64,000 nucleotides of DNA from an uncultured Gemmatimonadales bacterium (GTDB lineage Bacteria > Gemmatimonadota > Gemmatimonadetes > Gemmatimonadales > GWC2-71-9), in the NCBI GenBank assembly GCA_963825055.1, contig CAWGSK010000008.1, forward strand, positions 32,001 to 96,000, read 5' to 3'. Of the stretch, positions 31,524 to 39,408 are shown one piece after another. The position numbers and the translations under genes are program-made. Position 1 is the first letter of the stretch. Every line of letters starts with the position of its first letter. The notes beneath the pieces are model-generated. The model did no database searches. It saw nothing but the letters and a program-made list of their open reading frames with translations, and was not told the DNA's origin.

Positions 31524-31856
31524 CAGTTCCTCCAGCCGCTCCATCGCCCGCCTCAAATGCGGGACCACGATACTCCCACCCACGATCAGCGACACGCTGA
31601 AGATCTCCATGAGCTGGTCCATGGTGACCCCTTCCTCGTGGCAGCGGATGACGTGGTACGTGATGCAGTCGTCGCAGCGGAGGACCATGCTGGCCGCGAG
31701 GCCCAGCATTTCCTTGGTGCGGGTATCGAGCGCGCCGTTTTCGTAGGTCCGCCCGTCCAGGGCAAAGAAACGGTTCACCGTGAGGTTGCCCGCGGCGAAG
31801 ATGCGCTCGTTCATGCGCTCGCGGAAGGCGTTGAAGTCGGCGATGGACTCGGACAT
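31500..31856 (-). CDS. Carboxymuconolactone decarboxylase / AhpD-like protein
   Basis: GALDTRTKEMLGL..SMVLRCDDCITYH motif. Confidence 0.88.
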   Translation of the reverse strand: MSESIADFNAFRERMNERIFAAGNLTVNRFFALDGRTYENGALDTRTKEMLGLAASMVLRCDDCITYHVIRCHEEGVTMDQLMEIFSVSLIVGGSIVVPHLRRAMERLEELQGTGSRE

Positions 31857-31908
31857 GCGGGGCCCGTGGAGAGGGGGATCTGGAAAGCGTGAAAGGTAAA
31901 AGGTAAAA

Positions 31909-32299
31909 GACCTCACCCCCCAGCCCCCTCTCCAAGTCGTGTGTGGAGAGGGCGAGGGCACTTCAGTCACGGATCTCTGACCGTCCTGACCGCCCTGTCC
32001 GTCCTGACCGCGCTGTTTGACCTCACCCCCCGGCCCCCTCTCCATGAATGGAGAGGGGGGAGGAGAATCTGGCTATTTCTGATCGGCCTCCTCACGTCGC
32101 ATTCCATCCGCGTGCTGACCGCACCCCCCGGCCCCTGACCTCACCCCCCAGCCCCCTCTCCATGAATGGAGAGGGGGAGAGGAGAATCTGGCTATTTCTG
32201 ATCGGCCTCCTCACGTCGCATTCCATCCGCGGTGCTGACCGCACCCCCCGGCCCCTGACCTCACCCCCCAGCCCCCTCTCCATGAATGGAGAGGGGGAG
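31909..32299 (+). repeat. Left REP-like array: 4 copies of GACCTCACCCCCCRGCCCCCTCTCCA-loop-TGGAGAGGGGG
   Basis: Copies start at 31909, 32019, 32137 and 32257; 32019-32136 and 32137-32256 form a ~119-bp tandem duplication. Confidence 0.92.
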
Positions 32300-32409
32300 C
32301 CGCTCTCTGCAGGAGCAGGGCTCGGATTGCGGATTCCTGGTCCTGCAATGCTGGATGGCGATCGTACCTTGGCCGTGTGCGGATCACCGGACATCAACGG
32401 CTCCGAGCG

Positions 32410-32766
32410 ATGAAGGCGGCACTGGCAAAGTGCTTCCGCCGTCAGCAGACGGAGTCAGAGCGAAAGGCGTGGGGGTTGCTCAGGAACCGCCGGATGTTGG
32501 GACTCAAGTTCCGACGGCAGCAGGTAATCGGCGGGTTCGTGGTCGACTTCTATTGCCCGGCCTTGAGGTTGGTACTGGAAATCGACGGCGAGGTTCACGG
32601 CACCATTGAACAGCAGACGTACGACTTGACCAGAACGGAATACCTCCAGTCGCGGGATGTGAAGGTGTTCAGGATTTCGAACTCGGAAGTCACCCATGAA
32701 TTGCTACGACAACGCCTCCTGAGCGAGTTCCCCCTCTCCATTCATGGAGAGGGGGACAGGGGGTGA
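32410..32766 (+). CDS. DUF559 (Vsr-like, PD-(D/E)xK fold) endonuclease-domain protein
   Basis: T.SE..W..LR.R...KFRRQ..IG.FVVDFYC..L.LVLEIDG..H...D..R...L......R..N motif; alternative GTG start at 32377; the C-terminus reads into the first right-hand repeat. Confidence 0.88.
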   Translation: MKAALAKCFRRQQTESERKAWGLLRNRRMLGLKFRRQQVIGGFVVDFYCPALRLVLEIDGEVHGTIEQQTYDLTRTEYLQSRDVKVFRISNSEVTHELLRQRLLSEFPLSIHGEGDRG

Positions 32767-33239
32767 GGTCTGGCGTCTGGTAGTTGCTGCGCGGCGAACT
32801 GGCCTGCGCGTTCCCCCTCTCCATTCATGGAGAGGGGGACAGGGGGTGAGGTCGAGAATGGCGTGTGCGATGAAGCTCCCCTCTCCAGGCATGGAGAGGG
32901 GGACAGGGGGTGAGGTCGCGGCAGGCGGTCAGACGGTCAGGCGGGCAGGCGGTCGGTTTCGGACTTGCAAAGGCGCTCGATCCCGGGTGAGAAGATCCCT
33001 CGCTGGATGCTCGGGATGACACTCGGGACATTGCGTTCCCCCTCTCCAGACATGGAGAGGGGGACAGGGGGTGAGGTCTGGCGTCTGGTAGCTACTGCGC
33101 GGCGAACTAGCCTGTGCGTTCCCCCTCTCCATACATGGAGAGGGGGACAGGGGGTGAGGTCAGGCCAGGGCGGCCAGGGCGGGAGCTCGAGTGACGTTCC
33201 CCCTCTCCAGACATGGAGAGGGGGACAGGGGGTGAGGTC
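32727..33239 (-). repeat. Right REP-like array: 6 copies of TTCCCCCTCTCCA-N4-TGGAGAGGGGGACAGGGGGTGAGGTC, inverted relative to the left array
   Basis: Copies end at 32770, 32853, 32917, 33078, 33161 and 33239. Confidence 0.93.
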
Positions 33240-34789
33240 TATCTTCCTGCCCCCTCCACGATCGTCTTGTAACTCTCCGGATTCCACTTCGGCCGGGCAG
33301 CGGCGTTCGCCACGTCCTGGCCCAGGTAGAACAGCAGCTGCACGATCCGGGATTCCTTCTCCGCGTCGATCTTGTCCGGGCTGTCGCTGACGCGATGGTA
33401 GTCCTCGTGCACCCCGTTGAAGAAGAAGAGGATGGGGATGCCCTTCCGCGCGAAGTTGTAGTGGTCGCTCCGGAAGTAGAATCGCTCCTCGGGCCACTTG
33501 TCGTCGATGGCGGTCATGTGGAGCTCCGGGTGCTGCGCGTTGACCCGGTTCAGGGTCGCGCCCAGGTCCGAGTGCTCCTTGCCGATGGCGACGATGGTGT
33601 CCTTCCAGTTGCGCCCGATCATGTCGAGGTTGATGTCGGCCACGATCTGGCCCACCGGCACGGTCGGGTGCTCGCTGAACCATGAGCTGCCCCAGAGCCC
33701 CTTCTCCTCGCCGCTCACCGTAATGAAGATGAGCGACCGCTTCGGCCGTGCGCCGGGCCGGCTGAAGGCCTCGGCCAACTCGATCACGCCGACCGTACCG
33801 GAGGCGTCATCATCTGCGCCGTTGTTGATGCTGTCCGCCTGGCCGGCAACGCTCCGGATCCCGATGTGATCCATGTGCGCGGAAAAGACGACGTATTCGT
33901 TCCGGAGCCTGGGATCGGTGCCCTCGAGAATGCCGATCGTGTTCGGGGCGGACATCGCCTCCTGCGATTCGCGGATGTCCATCGCGACGGTCACGCCGGG
34001 AAGCGACTTCGCGATGCCGGTGCCCGAGGCACGTACTCCCGCCAGGTCGACCGTGCTCCCAAGGGCGGGGGCCAGGGTGGCGTCATGTACCTCGACTGCC
34101 GGGATCTGCGGGCGGCCGCTCTCCCGGCCAACACGCGAGATGATCGCCGGCGCCGCACTGATCATGTCCTGCCACTCCTTCTGATTCGCGTTCGACGCGG
34201 CCACAACGCCGAGCGGCGTGGCACCGCTCTCCCGCAGGACGGCGAGGGCGCGGTTGTACTGGCCCCGCGCCTGCCGCCCGCCCTCCGAGTAATCCAGCAC
34301 AACGAGGACCACGTGACCTTCGACGTCCTTCGCCCCGACCTGGACCTTCGACAGGTCGCCCGCGAGGAGGAGGATGGGACCCTGGATCCTGCCTTCGGTA
34401 CCAACGGCTCCCATCAACCGGGCATTGCTGCGGAAGGAGAGCCGCGCCGGCTTGGCGCCCTGGATGCTGATGGAGGAGGCCCCGAGATCGATCCGCCGCA
34501 TCTGCAGCGGATAGCGCTGGAACCAGGTGCCGCTCTCTCCGCCCGGCTTGAGGCCGAAGCTCTTGAACTGGTCGGCCACGTACTGCGCGGTCAGGTCGAG
34601 GCCACGGCTCGGCGTGTCCCGCCCACCCATGGAATCATCGGCGATGACACGGATGCGACTGTCGATGTCGGCCGCGGTAATGGTGGCCGCCGCCTCGGCC
34701 AGCGCGCTGGCTTTGGCCGGTGTGGGCGCCTGGGCAGCCAGCCCGGTGGAGACAGTGAACAGCAACAGCAGCGATACGCTGGATTTCAT
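33239..34789 (-). CDS. M28 family aminopeptidase (PA-domain insert)
   Basis: Signal peptide; SAHMDH, NGADDDASG, SGEEKGLWGS, NLDMIG, RSDHYNF and EDYH. Confidence 0.92.
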   Translation of the reverse strand: MKSSVSLLLLFTVSTGLAAQAPTPAKASALAEAAATITAADIDSRIRVIADDSMGGRDTPSRGLDLTAQYVADQFKSFGLKPGGESGTWFQRYPLQMRRIDLGASSISIQGAKPARLSFRSNARLMGAVGTEGRIQGPILLLAGDLSKVQVGAKDVEGHVVLVVLDYSEGGRQARGQYNRALAVLRESGATPLGVVAASNANQKEWQDMISAAPAIISRVGRESGRPQIPAVEVHDATLAPALGSTVDLAGVRASGTGIAKSLPGVTVAMDIRESQEAMSAPNTIGILEGTDPRLRNEYVVFSAHMDHIGIRSVAGQADSINNGADDDASGTVGVIELAEAFSRPGARPKRSLIFITVSGEEKGLWGSSWFSEHPTVPVGQIVADINLDMIGRNWKDTIVAIGKEHSDLGATLNRVNAQHPELHMTAIDDKWPEERFYFRSDHYNFARKGIPILFFFNGVHEDYHRVSDSPDKIDAEKESRIVQLLFYLGQDVANAAARPKWNPESYKTIVEGAGR

Positions 34790-34835
34790 GAAGCGGCGTC
34801 CTGTGGAATGGATGGATGACGAAACTGGAGGGCGA

Positions 34836-34862
34836 TACGGCAGGGAAGGGTGGATCGTTTCA
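34836..34862 (-). promoter_or_regulatory. Putative ECF-sigma promoter for the M28 peptidase
   Basis: Minus strand TGAAAC-N17-CGTA. Confidence 0.45.
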
Positions 34863-34868
34863 AAAGGA

Positions 34869-34996
34869 GTGACTAGTGACTAGTGACTAGTGACTAGTGA
34901 CTAGTGCTTCAAGGTGAATCTCAGCCCGATGCCTGCCGACCGCGCGATGAAACCGTCCCTGAAGCACTACTCACTACTCACTACTCACTACTCACT
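34869..34996. repeat. Inverted heptamer arrays: 5x GTGACTA and 4x CACTACT
   Basis: Arms at 34869-34903 and 34965-34996, complementary with one mismatch per unit. Confidence 0.85.
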
Positions 34997-35001
34997 GCAG
35001 T

Positions 35002-36399
35002 TCATGGCTTCCTCCGCCTCAACTGCGGATCGCCGGTTGCCCGTCCGCTGCTCGGTTCCGCTCGCCTGGGCTCCGCCCGCTGGGGTTCGGCCCGTCGTGG
35101 CTCGGCCCTCTGGGGCTCGGCGCGGCGGGGCTCCGCCCTCTGGGGTTCTGCCCGCCGTGGTTCCGCTCGCTGCGGCTCGGCGCGACGCGGCTCAGCACGT
35201 TGCGGCTCGGCCCGTCGAGGCTCGGCCTGACTGGGGTCGGCGCGCTGGGGCTCGGCACGTCTCGGCTCAGCACTCTGCGGCTCCGCCCGCTGGGGCTCGG
35301 CGCGTCTCGGTTCGGCACTCTGCGGCTCCGCCCGCTGGGGCTCGGCGCGTCTCGGCTCGGCACTCCGGGGCTCCGCCCGCTGGGGTTCGGCCCGGCGCGG
35401 CTCGGCCTGTCCAGGCGCCGCGCGGCGATCCGGCGCGGCCCTGTTGTCTGGCGCCGTGCGCCGGTTACCACCGGCCGCGGCTCCCGGGTTTTCACCCACC
35501 CGACGGCGCACGTCGGTCGGAAGCGGCACGCTGCCCCGTCCGCCGAGGTCCCGGCTGGTGCGTGAGCGGTCACGCTCGGTGATGCGGTCGTCCGCCGGAC
35601 GGTTCTTCACTCGCGAGATGTATGGCGTGTTCTTCCGCTCATAATCCCGGAAGATGTACCGCGGACGGAGCCGGGCAGGCCGGTTCACGACCACGCGGCG
35701 GGGGCCCCAGTACCGGTATGGGTAGTAGTAGTAATCGTCATAGATGACGATCCGGAACTTCGAGCACGAATACCGGTACGGGTCCCAATAGGGGTAGCTC
35801 GCGTACGTGTGGCAGTCGTAGCACAGGAAGCGCGGATAGTCGTAGTGCTTCTCGACGTAGTACGGGACGATGTCGTAGTCGTACTCGCCCGGCCCCACGA
35901 TGCGCGAAGCAAAATCGGTGAGTGCTTCGTAGGGGTCGCCGCGGACCCGGCCGTCGGCGATGAGGCGATAGTCCCAATGGTCGCCCCGGACGAAATCATC
36001 GTATCGGAACGGGTCGGGCGACGTGATGGCGAAGACGTAGCCGACACCGGGGTAGTCGTCGATGCTGAAGGCGCGGTTGTCACGGTCCAGCACCTCGAAG
36101 GTGCGGCCGCCCCGGGCGAAGTTGTCTTCCCAGGGATCGCGGGGGAATACCATGCGGATCCGGCCGTCCGTATCCACCCGCATCACGGTGATGTACCCGT
36201 CTTCCTGCGGCTCGACATACACCCTGGCACGGTCACCGCGCTGGTAGGCATCCGACTCGCGATCGGTCCAGATGGAAACGCGCGGACGCTCCGCAGAACC
36301 CATCCAGGCGGCAATGCTGGATTCCACCGCCGAGGCGGGGATTGCTGGGGGTGTCGAGGGTCCGGCAAGCAGGGCCAGGCCGAGAATGGGAGCGAACAT
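35002..36399 (-). CDS. Secreted DUF4384-like protein with CxxCH, Tyr-rich segment and pentapeptide-repeat tail
   Basis: GGAGGA RBS and signal peptide; YQRGD...DGYITV..VDTDGRIRMVFP (DUF4384-like); CYDCH. Confidence 0.75.
   Translation of the reverse strand: MFAPILGLALLAGPSTPPAIPASAVESSIAAWMGSAERPRVSIWTDRESDAYQRGDRARVYVEPQEDGYITVMRVDTDGRIRMVFPRDPWEDNFARGGRTFEVLDRDNRAFSIDDYPGVGYVFAITSPDPFRYDDFVRGDHWDYRLIADGRVRGDPYEALTDFASRIVGPGEYDYDIVPYYVEKHYDYPRFLCYDCHTYASYPYWDPYRYSCSKFRIVIYDDYYYYPYRYWGPRRVVVNRPARLRPRYIFRDYERKNTPYISRVKNRPADDRITERDRSRTSRDLGGRGSVPLPTDVRRRVGENPGAAAGGNRRTAPDNRAAPDRRAAPGQAEPRRAEPQRAEPRSAEPRRAEPQRAEPQSAEPRRAEPQRAEPQSAEPRRAEPQRADPSQAEPRRAEPQRAEPRRAEPQRAEPRRAEPQRAEPRRAEPQRAEPRRAEPQRAEPRRAEPSSGRATGDPQLRRRKP
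35047..35406 (-). repeat. Coding 15-bp tandem repeat, 24 x AEP(R/Q)(R/S)
   Basis: Counted from the translation; synonymous codon variation between units. Confidence 0.92.
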
Positions 36400-36445
36400 G
36401 GGGAATCCTCCGGGGATGGCCTTCATTAATCGTGCAGAGAGAGGG

Positions 36446-36490
36446 AGCAGGTGATGTGCCATGCCGGGAGATCTATTTAACATGTTGATA
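36446..36490 (-). promoter_or_regulatory. Putative sigma54 promoter with adjacent IHF site
   Basis: Minus strand TGGCACATCACCTGCT (GG-N10-GC) at 36461-36446; TATCAACATGTTA at 36490-36478 matches WATCAANNNNTTR. Confidence 0.62.
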
Positions 36491-36563
36491 CGCAAAGACT
36501 TGAGATTGCAAGCCAGGCCGGTGTCCTCTCTGAAGTGTCCAACGCCGGTGACGGTGACCTTGA

Positions 36564-36670
36564 GGAGGTCAGGAGGACGGAGGCAGGAGTCTGGAGGTCC
36601 GGGGCGCGTCGACTTCCCGACCTCCCTTCCCGGCCTCTCGACCTCTCGACCACTCGACCACTCGACCTCC
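36564..36670. repeat. Octamer arrays (GGAGGTC-like / CTCGACC(A/T))
   Basis: 4 tandem CTCGACCW units near 36637-36668, with a degenerate complementary arm upstream. Confidence 0.65.
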
Positions 36671-36702
36671 ACCCTTCCCGACCTGATTAACTTGCCCCCC
36701 GC

Positions 36703-37629
36703 ATGAGCGTGACCCCCATTTCTGGCTCCCGGCAACGGATCGACCTGCTCGATCCGAAGGACGCCGCACGCCTGGGAGGGCTGGAACTGGTCGCCGAGGG
36801 AGTCGTCGAGGGCTTCCTGACCGGGATACACCGCTCCCCCCGCCGCGGGTTTTCCGTCGAATTCGCCGAACATCGGATGTACCAGCCCGGCGACGAGCTG
36901 CGCTACGTCGACTGGAAGATCCTGGGCCGGAACGACCGGCTCTACGTCAAGCAGTTCGAGGAGGAGACCAACCTCCGCGCCATGCTGGTGCTGGACGCGA
37001 GCCGCTCCATGGCCTGGTCGGGTGATCCGGACCGGCTGCTCACCAAGCTGGAGTACGCCAAGCGGCTGGTCGCGGCGCTTGCCCTCATCCTGATGCGCCA
37101 GCGGGACGCGACCGGACTCATCACGTTTGACGAGGAAGTGCGGTCGGTCATTCCCGCGCGGGCCCGCCTCTCCCACTGGCGCGTGCTTCTCAAGGCCCTG
37201 CACGATCTCGAGCCCGGCCACGGGACGGCAGCCGAGCCCGCGCTTCGACGAGTCACCGACCGGTTGCGCCGTCGCGGGCTGGTGGTCCTGATCTCGGACC
37301 TCCTGCTCGAGCGCGATCTCGCCATGCGGGCGCTCCGCTTTCTCAGGCATCGCGGCCACCAGGTGATGGTGTTCCACCTGATGGATCCCGCGGAACTGCA
37401 CCTGACCGGCCCTGCCGAGGCCCGGTTCGAGGATCCCGAGTCCAACCGTGCCGTCATCCTCCGTCCTCGTGACTGGGCGGAGCGATATGCCGAGACGGTC
37501 GCCGGGGCTGTCGAGTGGTGGTACCGCTCCTGCCGGAGTAACGGCATTCATTACCACCGGTTCACCACCGACATGCCGTTCGGGCTCGCGCTGCGCCAGG
37601 CCCTGACCCGCGCGACAGGCATCACGTGA
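36703..37629 (+). CDS. DUF58 (MoxR-associated vWA-like) protein
   Basis: G.HRSPRRGFSVEFAEHRMYQPGDELRYVDWK, YVKQFEEETN and ISDLL. Confidence 0.92.
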   Translation: MSVTPISGSRQRIDLLDPKDAARLGGLELVAEGVVEGFLTGIHRSPRRGFSVEFAEHRMYQPGDELRYVDWKILGRNDRLYVKQFEEETNLRAMLVLDASRSMAWSGDPDRLLTKLEYAKRLVAALALILMRQRDATGLITFDEEVRSVIPARARLSHWRVLLKALHDLEPGHGTAAEPALRRVTDRLRRRGLVVLISDLLLERDLAMRALRFLRHRGHQVMVFHLMDPAELHLTGPAEARFEDPESNRAVILRPRDWAERYAETVAGAVEWWYRSCRSNGIHYHRFTTDMPFGLALRQALTRATGIT

Positions 37630-39408
37630 TCGGGTTCCTGCATCCCTGGCTGCTGGCCGGCCTGGCCGCCGCCGCCATCCCGATCCTCATTCACCTCATC
37701 GCCCGCCGCGAGCCGCCCACGGTGGTGTTTCCCGCCGTGCGCTACCTGATCGACACCACCCGCGAGCACGAGCGCCGGCTCAAGCTCCGGAACCTGCTGC
37801 TGCTCATCGTCAGGACACTTCTCATCATCCTGCTCGTCCTGGCCGCGGCCGGCCCGACACTTCCCCTGGGCGGGTCGGCGACCCACGCGCCGGCCGCCAT
37901 GGTGATGGTGTTCGACAACAGCCTGAGCAGCGGCATCGTGATCGGCGGGACCCCGCGGATCGAGGTGCTGCGCGACGCGGCCCGGGAGGTTGCGCGCAAC
38001 GCGGGCCCGGAGGATGACCTCTGGCTCATTCCCGCGGACGGGATACCCCGGAAACTCACCTCCGCCGGCCTTGCTGCGTCGGCGGACAGCCTCGAGCCTG
38101 CAGACCGTCGCCTGGACCTCGGGGCTGCGCTCCGGACCGCGGCCGGTGTTCTGGCGGCGCAACAGCGGCCGGGCGAGGTCGTCATGTTGACTGATCTCCA
38201 GGCCAGCGCGGTGTCGGCGGCCGATGTGAATGTTCCGGTGCTGGTGGTCCGTCCCGGGGGGGACGTGCCTGGCAACGCCGGGATCGACAGTGTGCGGATC
38301 GGGGCCCAGCCCTGGGGGCCCGACGGTGGTCAGGTGGTGGTCCATGCGACCACGCCGGACCGCGCCGTCCCGGTAACGATGCGGCTCGGCGGCCGCCCGC
38401 CCCGACAGGCCCTGGTGTCCACCGCGACCCCGGCCACGATGACGCTTGCCGGCGCGCAGCCCGGATGGTGGATCCTCCGGGCCGAACTCGATCCGGATGA
38501 GCTGCTGGCTGACAACACCTGGGTCGAAGCCGTGCGCATCGCGCCTCCGGCGGCCGTAGTCGTGGAGCGGTGAGGACCGGTTCATCGCGACCGCGAGCGA
38601 GGTGCTGCTGGCCAACAACCGGATCAGCCGGGGGCGAGACATCACCGTCGGCACGCTCGCGCCGGGTGCCTCGGTCGTGCAGCCTCCCACCGACCCTGCC
38701 CGGCTTGGCGCGTTGAACCGCGCCCTGGCGGCGCGGAACGTGGGCTGGCAGTACGGCGACCTCATCGAGGCCCCGGCGACGGTCGACAGCGGCGGCCCGG
38801 CCGGCGGCGAGTCCATACGCCGCCGTTACGAACTCCGCCCTGCCGCCAGCGGTCGGACCGGCGTGGTCGCGACCGCTGGCGGCGCACCGTGGGTGGTGCG
38901 TGGCGGGGATGTGGTGCTGCTGGGCAGCAGGCTGGAGCCCGAGTGGACTTCGCTACCGGTCTCAGCGCGCTTCGTGCCCTTCCTTGACGCGCTCGTGAAC
39001 CGGATCGCGCGCGGGCAGGTGGCGCAGGTCAACGGCGCGGTGGGTGACCCGGTGCGACTCCCCGACATCGTCAGCGAGGTGCACTCCGGGGATCGCACCT
39101 GGCGCGTGGAGGGCGGCGCTCCGTTTACCCCGCTCGAGACCGGCATCTACTATCTGACCGATGGGGTCGATACGGTTGGGGTGCTGGCCGCCAACCACGA
39201 TCCCCGGGAAGGCCGGCTCGAGCCGGCGCGCGACCGCGCGGTACGCTCACTCTGGCGCACGGCTTCCGTGGTGGATCCGGCCGACGCCGGCAGGCGGGTG
39301 TTCGCGCTGGGCGCGCGCGCGGACCTTCGGGGGCCTCTGCTGTGGGCGGCGCTGGTGCTGGGGCTGATCGAGGTCGTCCTGGCCAGTGGCAGGCGGAGGG
39401 CGTCATGA
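37626..39408 (+). CDS. BatA/vWA-domain membrane protein, frameshifted near 38562
   Basis: FLHPW...PILIHL..R...FPAVRYL BatA N-terminus; ORFs 37626-38573 and 38602-39408 join (..VVWSGEDRF..) if one base is removed. Confidence 0.75.

Noticed and set aside
31909..33239. CRISPR array interpretation of the 43-bp repeats
   Set aside because: Spacers are irregular (about 22-117 bp) and partly duplicated, the two arrays are inverted around a gene, and no cas genes are present.
31909..33239. Classical insertion sequence
   Set aside because: No DDE, HUH or serine/tyrosine recombinase motifs, and no clear target-site duplication.
31857..33390. Small ORFs beginning MERG.. or containing PLSMNGEG / LTPCPPLH
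   Set aside because: These are translations of the palindromic repeats, not credible proteins.
36400..37557. N-terminal part of the 851-aa minus-strand ORF
   Set aside because: Antisense shadow of the DUF58 gene plus intergenic DNA; RBS and signal peptide point to 36399.
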